From: Azolla caroliniana
Taxonomy: Eukaryota; Plantae; Polypodiophyta
NCBI GenBank assembly: GCA_043228905.1
Contig: JBHGNT010000003.1
Span: forward strand, 1,860,001 to 1,924,000
Length of the DNA: 64,000 nt
Direction: 5' to 3'
Notes under the pieces: generated by a model
Seen by the model: only the letters and a program-made list of their open reading frames with translations
Told to the model about the DNA's origin: nothing
The model's database searches: none
Translations under genes and position numbers: made by a program
Shown here: positions 13,717-23,057 of the stretch, in pieces
Layout of the letters: every line of letters starts with the position of its first letter
Position numbering within the stretch: position 1 is the stretch's first letter

Positions 13717-14056
13717 GAACTCGATACGCCGTATCGAGTTCCTGTATACAATACAAACTTTATACAGGAACTCGATACGGCATATCGAGTTCACACGAAC
13801 TCGATACGGCGTATCGAGTTCGTGTTTAAAACCTAAACATTAAACAGGAACTCGATACGCCGTATCGAGTTCCCGTTTAAAACCTAAACTTTAAACATGA
13901 ACTCGATACGCCGTATCGAGTCCGTGTTTAAAATCCAAACTTTAAATAGGAACTCGATACGCCGTATCGAGTCCGTGTTTAAAACCTAAACTTTAAACAC
14001 GAACTCGATACGCCGTATCGAGTTCCCGTTTAAAGTTTGGGTTTTAAACAGGAACT
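13717..14056. repeat. Array of seven 25-bp palindromes (GAACTCGATACG-C/G-CGTATCGAGTTC), mostly 51-bp period
   Basis: Units at 13717, 13768, 13797, 13848, 13899, 13950 and 14001, with a partial unit at 14052; 26-bp spacers (one of 4 bp). Confidence 0.95.
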
Positions 14057-14822
14057 ACGTCTGTTGTGCATTGAAGCTTTTTAGAAATACAGTTGCATTG
14101 GAGAAGGACGAGGACCAAGTTATATTTATTAATATGCGGATTAAGGCTTTGTGGGAGTGCCAGACCAGGATGAGGAGGTCGGTGCAAAGAACCTCGCCAA
14201 TACAGAAAGGTTTCAACCTGCTTCGCGAGAGCCTATTCCTCCGTTAGCCGGCGAACCGGGGGAGCTAATAGAGCTTGATGATGAGCTTATAGAAGATATT
14301 TCGTTGGCTTGGCTAACAGGGGAAACCAATGCACGTATAGCCGAAGACAGTTCTACACAAGATGATGAAGAAAATGACGTTGATGAATTGATTGCTATGT
14401 AATAGACTCTATGAAGAAAATGACACTGAAGATTTGTTAGGATTTCACATTATTAATACAAATTTTGGGTTTTACCTAGTGTATTCTATTCTTTATAATC
14501 TTCTATATGTTTCAATTTTATTTTTATATACATGGCTAGTAGATTTATGACATTGGTTTCACCGCATGCATAGCTGACTACCAAATTTATGGAGAAACAT
14601 GAACTAGTTTAAATTGAGACTGATTTTGGTCCAAGCTAACCTTAACAGAACATGGCCCTATAATTGTTGCCATGACTGTCCATGTTGTTATTATGGATCT
14701 TTGTCTTCTATTGTTAAAACTATTATGTTTCTATTCCATTGCTGCTTAGATTATGTAGTGTGTTGATAATGGTTCCAGTTGCGTTATCGTTCGGAGTTTG
14801 ATCCTGTGTGAATCACCTAAGC

Positions 14823-15070
14823 AATAGAGTAGATCAATTTTAAATACAGGTATGAAAGCCTAATAGGTTTGTTATTTCCACGACATTATCCTAAAGTTTA
14901 GTGCCTTACATTGTCCACAATTATATACATATGGTTTGATCCCATATGAACAAACTGAGGAATAGATTAGATCAACTTTAAATACAAGTATTGAATACTT
15001 TAATAAGTTAGTTATTCCAATCACTTATCCTAATGTGCACTATCCTACATTTTCCACAATTACATACATG
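14823..15070 (+). repeat. Diverged ~110-bp direct duplication inside the TIR element
   Basis: AATAGA.TAGATCAA.TTTAAATACA...CCACAATTA.ATACAT at ~14823 and ~14961. Confidence 0.7.
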
Positions 15071-18000
15071 CACGTATGGGTCAAAGTATAAATTATAACT
15101 CATTTTATTAGTATGGATACAAGTACACCTGATATTTTTGTAAAACTTACCTAATTAATATAAGTCTTTAAGTTAGTGTTTCCCTTGTCGCACAGTAGTG
15201 ACATATTGAGCCATAGTTGAACTTTATTATGCCTACATTAACTTATCAACGTGTCTAAACTTGCATGATTTCTAATGATCTCCACTCGTAGATCTATCAT
15301 GTATTTTTATATTTGCAAATTCTCATCAAGTTGAGGAACATGTGATACTAGTGCATCCAATTTTTGTAGAGAGGGTGTATTTGCTTCGTTTTAAGAAGAT
15401 TCTACAAGTGGAATGCGCAATCCTTCCACTTGTGAACGCGAATGTGTTAAGAGTTGGCTTTATCCGTCCGGTAAAGAAAGCGACATGGCTGAGCCCGATC
15501 GTAGTCGTATCGAAGAAGAACGGAAAAATTCGAGTTTGTGTGGACTACCGGAAACTCAATGCGGCTACGGTAACGGATGCGTTTCCACTTCCGTTCACAG
15601 ATGGAGTGTTGGATGCCGTCGCCGGCCATGAGGTCTATAGCTTTCTAGACGGATTCAGTGGGTATAATCAGATCCGGATGCACCCCGACGACCAAGAGAA
15701 AACGGCTTTCGTCACCGAATGGGGGGTGTTTGTGGCCGTGGTGATGATGTTCGGACTCAAGACGGCACCGGCAACATTTCAACGAATCATCATGGAAATC
15801 TTTGGTGAATATATCCCAGCTTTTATGCAGGTTTTCCTTGACGATTTCGCCGTCTATAGCCGGGAGGAGGACCATTTTCAGCACCTCCGTCTTTGTCTAG
15901 AAAAGTGTAGAGCGTATCGGCTAAGCTTGAATCCGGCGAAGTGTGTATTTGGCGTGTCCAATGGAACCCTACTAGGACATATTGTGAGCCAGGAAGGTAT
16001 TGCAATCGACCCGGACAAAGTGAAAGCCATATTGGAAGCACCGGCGCAGGTAACGGCAAAGGCATTAAGCCGGTTCTTAGGCCAGATCCGGTGGCACAGC
16101 CGGATGCTCTGATACTTGGCCAACCTGGCTACACCGTTGCATGCCGCGGTACATCGAACACCATTCCAGTGGATCGACACCGAGGATAGGGCGTATAGGG
16201 CCCTCAAGGTACTATTGTCGCAAGCACTGGTAGTGCAGCCTTCGGATTGGAGTAAAGAATTTCATGTGTTCGTGGACGCCTCCGACATCGCAATCGGAAG
16301 CGTACTGATGCAGCTTATGGAGCCAAAGTGGTACCGGCCAGTGTACTATGCCAGCCGAAAGCTATCCCAAGCGGAACGGAACTACTCTACCACGGAACGG
16401 GAAGCTCTAGGGATGATCTACAGTGTGACAAAGTTTCGACATTATTTATTGGGAAGGAAGTTTTCCTTCCATGTAGATCATTCGGCACTCCTCTACCTGG
16501 TGTCCAAGGCATCACTCACCGGTAAATTGGCCCGGTGGACCTTTCTGTTACAGGAATTCGAGTTCGAAATATTCCACCGACCCGGTATACATCATGCCGT
16601 AGCGGATTATTTAAGCCGATTAGAGTCCGGAGAGACGGGCGACAGAGTAGCGAACGAGTTTCCGGATGCGGAGCTGTTTCGAGTCACTACGGAAACGGCA
16701 GCAGATGAGACGGTGGCACAGGAAGACAAGTGGCTCACAAATATGCACCAGTTTCTGAGCACAGGACTGCCTCCGGAAGAGATGAACCAGGACGAAAGGA
16801 AACGCCTGGCGGTGCAAAGCCGACATTTCTGCTTACTGCGAGACACACTTTACCACAAGGGCGCGGACGGCATATGGAGACGGGCTATGCGTAGTGATGA
16901 AAAGGACCTCATACTGAGGGAAGCCCACTGCAGAGTTGCCGGAGGTCACTATGCCGGAAATGCGACAGCCAAGAAAATATGGCAAAGTGGCCTATGGTGT
17001 CCAACGACATTAAGAGATGTTGTACGGTACGCAAAAGAATGTGACCTATGCGAGCGAATGGGCCAGCCAACGGAGCAGGCTCGGATGCCACACCAGCCTG
17101 TACTACCACTCGAACCATTCCAGAAGTGGGGGCTGGACTTTGTTGGACCGTTCAAACCACCGGCAATGAGAACAGGTAATCGGTACGTCATCGTCGCGAT
17201 GGATTACTGCACGAAATGGGTGGAGGCCAAAGCCTTAAGAGACAACACCGCAACGTCAATGGCAAAATTTCTATATGAATACATCTGGTGCCGTTACGGA
17301 TGCCCTATCGAATTAATAAGCGATCAAGGGGGGCACTTTCTCGGCCAAGTAGTTGAAAGCCTGACGACATTCTATGCCGTTGTCCATAAACGGAGCACAC
17401 CATACTATCCCCAAGCAAACGGGTTAGCTGAATCGACGAACAAAACGCTCCAGAATATCCTCCGGAATATCGTCAACGAAAACTGAACGGATTGGGATAC
17501 CAAGCTACATAGCGCGCTTTGGGCATACCGGACAACATATAAAACGAGCATCCGAACAACACCGTTCCGGTTAGCGTTCGGACTAGCGGCGGTAATGCCG
17601 GTGGAATTCCAAGTACCCAGCTTACGGATCCAGCTACGGGAACGGTTGAACGAGAAGGAGTCGGAGGCAATACGGTTAACAACGCTGTGTGAACTCGAGG
17701 AACAACGACTGGCAAGCATCCTGCACTTAGAATTGGAACAACGACGACGGAAAGCATTTGTCGACCGGCACAGGAAAAGAAATGAAAAAATGTTCGTAAT
17801 CGGCAAGCCGGTGTTAGTATTTCAGACCCGGATGGGCAAGATGCCGGGTAAACTACGGTTTAGATGGACCGGCCCGTATTGGCTGACACGTGAGTATAAT
17901 GGGTCCTACCAGTTAGGGACACTTGGCGGCGAAGTGCTAGGCAAATGGGTCAACGGATTCTGATTGAAGCCATATAGAGGACCGATGCCCAAGAACCCAT

Positions 18001-18483
18001 TTGAGCAAAGGACCGACACCGGTGCGGAAACGGCAACCACCAAGACGGCGAGCCGGTAACTGGGGAGAATGAGGCCGGTACGGGTCCGATAGGACCAACG
18101 GACAAGTAACCTCACACTACATTAATAAATAATAAATAAATAAAAGCAAAGTAATCATGCAAAAGCAAGGTATGAATGGACGAGAGAGCGAGGAGCGAAA
18201 AGGTACGTAGTAGGCATTTAAGCGCCACCACAGGACATAATGCTATTTTAGTACACGATGTGCACACACTCGAAAAAGGCGCCAGAATGCACAGAGAAAA
18301 ACCACTACGCGTGGAGACCCTCTACTTTCGCGAACCTAGGAGCACAGAAGCACCAAGGCGTTGGAAGATCATCAAACGAGAACCTACGCACAGAGAACCC
18401 CCGCTTTCTGAACTCTCTCTCTCTCTCAATCTCACTCTCATCACCATCCAACCTCGCCACCACAATCCGACCTCGACATAGAC

Positions 18484-21296
18484 ATGGACCCACAAACGCT
18501 GTCAGAAGCCGCCAAGAAATGGCTAAAGCAACACTGGCTCGAGGGCTTCTTGACGATTATGGAGGTACCGCCACACAAAGAAGCCGACAAGGTGATCAAA
18601 GAAATCGACACAAAGGTCATAACGGCGGAGGTGATCCGTGCGTTAACAAGCCTTCCAGAGGGAGGCATACTCACGATTGACAATCCGACCTCAGAGCAAC
18701 TCATCAAGTATTTTGGTGAGTACTCCCTAGCCAACAAGGGCTACCGGACACAGGGCGGCAGAGATATGTTGTTCCGTGAGATTGCTCGTGTGCTCCACGA
18801 ATACGGCCATGTGTATCCTAGACCCCCTGTCATGCCGCAGAACCGGGCAGGGATGATCATCGCCACCTATGAAGGGATCAAGGTGGATTAGCCGGTATTG
18901 ATCGCAGACGGTTTGTGTGCGGCGATCGAGATCGTCAGAGGAAAAGACGGTAAAGAAGGCCGAGAAGGACAGAGGATATGGCACGTAGTAATGCAGTGGC
19001 TCACCTTGCTTGTGCCACCCGTCCAGCCCGTCCAGCCCGTCTAGCCCAAGAAGCGAGGAAGAGTGGCGGACGGCACCCCAAAGACTGCTTCCAAAAGACA
19101 ACAGTTGTTGGCCTCTAAGGCCACTAAGGGGAAGGCGGCGGACGAAGAATAGGCGGGAAAGGAGAGCGCCAGCCGGAAGCGGCCAACGGATGCGCAGGAG
19201 GAACCACCAGTACGACCCGTAAAGGTTACACTCCGCCAACCGGTGAACAGAGAAGCAGACCCCTTGGTGGCAAAACTCAATACCGGGACTCAGGAAGAGG
19301 AAATAGAGGAGGAGCCTACGGAGCACCTCCAGTGACGGTCGTCGGCAAGGACCGTTGAGGCAGCTGGGAAACGTTCGGACCCTCAAACGGAGGGAACACC
19401 AGCTCCCCATACTGAGACTCCCACGCCAAGGGAGGAACCGGAACCGGTGCGCATGGCACCGGAATCAGAAGCCCCTACACCACCGGCAGCACCGGCAAGT
19501 CCCATTCCGCCAGAGCCGGAAAGGTCAATGCAGCCTCCCTCGGCCAACCAAGAAGAAGCGCAAGGGGAACCAGGACAACAGGATGGTCCACGGCCAGAAA
19601 CGGAATTGTAACTCGGCGCAATCAGGCGGGACCACCCATCCACAAGCGAGCCCATCCGTCAAACCTCCGTGCAAGCGCAACAACAATGCACCGGTAGCCT
19701 GTGGCTCCGGTGGATAGGCGAACAGATTGCCGGAGCAGTGGGGTATATTGAGGCGGAAGAAAGAGCACAAAGCGAACGGTTGCTCGTCACAACCGAACAA
19801 CTAGAGACGGCCCGGTCCAGAATCCGGTGCCTTGAAAAAGACTTGGATCAGGTCACGGCAAAAATGGCCAAAATGGCCTTAACGGCAACACAGATCCAGG
19901 CACCGGTGACTCCGGTAAGTGTACAGAATAAAGAACCAGACCAACCTGCACATACTAATAAGACCCCGGCAACGAAAACCGTCACACAGAGAGATGCGGC
20001 GCAAGCCCAAGAGCTTGCGGAATTGAGAGATGAACTTGCCGCACAAGAAGCGCTAAGGAGCCGTGAACGGGAATTGAAGACAGCGGCCGAAGCAGAATTA
20101 AAGAAGACTGCTGAGAACCTCCGCCGGGCAGAGGAGAGCCTCCGGAAAGGCCATCAAGCGTACGACCGGCTAAGGGAGGAAAAAGACAAAGTGCTGCAGG
20201 AAAAGGACAAGCTGCGGAAGACGGCAGAAACAGAAATTGAACGGCTAAAGGAGGAGCTCCGCCAGCAGAAGGACCACGAGGATCGGGCCCGTCGATAGAT
20301 CAACGCACGACTCAAGCAAAAGACAGATGATTTTGAGCACCTGCACCGGGACTACAAACGGCTGGAAACGGAGCATAAGGAACGGGTGGCCGAGCTCCAA
20401 CAGGAAGTTGATCAGGCTGCGACAGACGACGCTCGCCGACGAACGAGCGGAAAATACAAGACGGTTGGACGAGGCGGAGAAGGTCCGGATGGAACTCTAG
20501 AGGCAGCAGTAGGAAGAAAAGGAGAGAGCGTCAACGATATTGCAAAAATTACAAAGCACATTATCAAAGGCAATTGACGCATTACAAGGAGCAGGCGGAA
20601 GACAACGTCAAAATCATCAAGCAATTGAAGGAGGAACGACAAGTTGCGGAGATCAAATCACAGATGGGAACAGGCCGGATTGAGTGCATCCTCCGGGCAT
20701 GGCTGAATCAGACAAAACGCTTGATTGACGAAAGCTCCGTACGATGGTGGACAAAGTGGGCACAAAATACAGCGGAACTCCAATTGCTACGGGCAGACGT
20801 GGCAAACCGGCGGAAGGAAGGAGATGATTGTTACATGTTGACTTCCGAGGACTTCACCGCCATACGGGACGAGCTGGCTGAAGACTTCCAAGTCCTGGCG
20901 GATGAACAGCTGGTGCAGGTCCGGCAACTTGTAGCTCAACTAGACGATGATAGGTTGGACACTCAAATCCAGTTTGAAAGCAACGAGCGGTCCCGAGTTC
21001 GGGAAGAAAAAGCACGGGAAGCGGCAACGGTTAACCTTAGTGATGAGGAACCGTCGCCAGCCAAGGGCCAGGCCGGAACCAGTCAACCGGAGACCACTAC
21101 GACAGAGGGAGCAACGACGGAAACGTCGGTGTCAGAGCATCAAACGAAGGAGCAGCCGTAGCAGCCACCAAAGGACCAATCGCAGCAGCCATCAACGGAG
21201 CAGCAACAACAACCACAACAACAACAACAACCAATTCCAGATGAACCATTGGAGACTCTCGAACAAAGCATTCTGGATATTTTGGACGAAGAATAG
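18484..21296 (+). pseudogene. Extra 3' ORF of the Gypsy element (ancestrally ~940 codons; coiled-coil protein)
   Basis: ORF-track pieces 18484, 19669 and 20386 share one frame separated by single stops; one frameshift leads into the 20574 frame, which ends ILDEE* at 21296. Confidence 0.75.
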
Positions 21297-21351
21297 CAAG
21301 GGTCGGATGGTGGATTCGACGTACAAGGTACTGTCCCACGGGCGTGCCATG

Positions 21352-21784
21352 TGTTACCGGCCGGCAAAGGAGTCCAGAGTGTGAAACGAAGGAGTTAATT
21401 AATTATTAGGAATGGTTGTAAGTAAGCTATTAGTGTGGACGGACGGACCGGATTCGGTATGCCGTTCCGGATCCGGACCGATCCCGAACAGGTGATGATG
21501 GCACCATTTTGTACTACGGACTGGAAACCTATTTAAAGGCCCGGATACAATGTAATGAGGAGCGGATAATTAATAAAGATTAGTGTTTTTATCTCTCTGT
21601 GTTAATTGTCGTTCTGCATTCATTGTTATATCTTACGCGTGTCATTATTAAGGATGATCTTGCTAAGTAACCTAATTAAGTCGGATTAAGCGTTGAGTCT
21701 AATCCTCTTGCCGTAACACCCTTTGGTGAAGTGTCTTCCGTAGACACCCTGTGTTAGGCCATTGCCCGGCCCTAAGCGTTAACA
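21352..21784 (+). repeat. 3' LTR (433 bp)
   Basis: Direct repeat of 6053-6485 followed by TSD TGAAG. Confidence 0.97.
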
Positions 21785-23057
21785 TGAAGATGCGAGAAGG
21801 AATAATGTTTTTACAGATGGTGGATCACTTAGCATGCAATTGTCATCATTGAATGAGCATTCGAAGTCATCCGACCATGTGATAGCAAGTGCTATGTATC
21901 ATGTAAAGATACAAAAGGAAAATGCAAATGTGAAAGGCCCAATGGATGACAAAATTTCAAAAATCATGCATTTAAAAAATGAGAGGATAATCTTATGCAT
22001 GAAGTTGGTTCATTTTTATGCTTGTAATGATATTCCATTAGAGAAATATGTAAAACAATGTCAGTTACAAAGAGAACTTGGTACTCCAAATGCCCCTGCC
22101 TCAAATGAATATGGTGATCATGCTAATGCTAAATCTGCAAGAGAATTCTTAATGGCTATTAAGAACCACACAAGAAAACTCTTGTATGATGAAATTCGTG
22201 GAAGTCCATTTTTCTCCATCTTGATTGATAAAAGCACCGATCAGACATTGGAAAAACACCTCATTATCTATGTCTTGTACTGAAGTGAAGGTGGCAAAGG
22301 GGAGCCACAATGTAAATTTGTGCGTCTTCTTTCGGTGGAAAATGGGAAAGCTGAAGGTATCTATAATACTATCAATGAATTCATTTTGGAGAGCAATTTA
22401 GATTTAAAAAACTAGTGGCTTTTGCAAGTGATGGGGCATCATCTATGGTAGGTAAGAACAATGGAGCAATTTCTAAGTTTCAATCCATGATGCCTAATAT
22501 TTTGGGAGTGCATTGCATTGCACATCGTGAAGCACTTGCCATAAAAGATGCATATATAATTTCTCATGCACATGTGTTTAGCTTCCTTGATGCATTTGCA
22601 AATAAGGTATATACTCTTGGTTGGGAAAGTCAACTAATAGACACAAGGAGCTAAAAGAAATAATGAAACAACATGGTAAGGGTGATTTGAAGGTGCTTAA
22701 AATTCACTCCATAAGATGGTTATCTTGAGGCCAAGTAATGGAGAGACTAGTTACACTTATGCCTGCAATTTTAGAACAATGGGAAAAACATGAGAAAAAA
22801 TGGTACGAGTATGCTACTATATTCCAAGTGCAATTTATGTTACGCCTATTGGCAGATATTCTTGTGGAATTAAATAAATTAAATGAGCAGTTCCAAAGGG
22901 AATTAATGGATGTAACTATGCTTGGTGTTCACTTGGATATCATCCATGAGAAACTTTGAAGACGATATGTATCTTGTGAAACATTTGGCATCGGGTGTAT
23001 GTTTCTTGCAAACTTTCTACATAATGTGAAAGATGGCATACTCACATATATTGGATG

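Larger units (their letters stand above)
9669..15448 (-). mobile_element. Sola-like TIR DNA transposon (5780 bp) inserted in the Gypsy RT
   Basis: 36-bp TIRs AACACRTTCGCGTTCACAAGTGGAAGGATYGCGCAT (9669-9704 and 15413-15448, 2 mismatches). 4-bp TSD AAGA (9665-9668 and 15449-15452). Removing it restores DKLLRVGF. Confidence 0.9.
6539..18059 (+). pseudogene. Gypsy gag-pol polyprotein pseudogene, interrupted at 9669-15448
   Basis: Gag with CCHC knuckles; protease ITDGGSGVN; RT EEIDKLLR|VGFIRPV, VCVDYRKLN, LDGFSGYNQI, FLDDF; RNase H VDASDIAIG, ERNYSTTEREAL; integrase HCRVAGGH..CDLC, WGLDFVGP, ISDQGGHF, PQANGLAE, WTGPY. Multiple in-frame stops. Confidence 0.93.
6053..21784 (+). mobile_element. Full-length Ty3/Gypsy LTR retrotransposon (non-chromovirus type), decayed, with a nested TIR element
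   Basis: TG...CA LTRs, 5-bp TSD TGAAG (6048-6052 and 21785-21789), gag-PR-RT-RH-INT order. Confidence 0.96.

Noticed and set aside
13717-14056. True CRISPR array
   Set aside because: Spacers are near-copies of one another rather than unique, there are no cas genes, and the context is a eukaryotic transposon. Kept as a palindrome array.
15342-15448. N-terminal extension of the 256-aa RT ORF
   Set aside because: It reads through the right TIR of the inserted transposon; the real RT N-terminus is at 9348-9668.
6544-20312. Identical 17-mer TAGATCAACGCACGACT at ~6544 and ~20296
   Set aside because: A single short match in two coding regions with no extension; the first base at 20296 is probably a mutated CAG. 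Likely chance.
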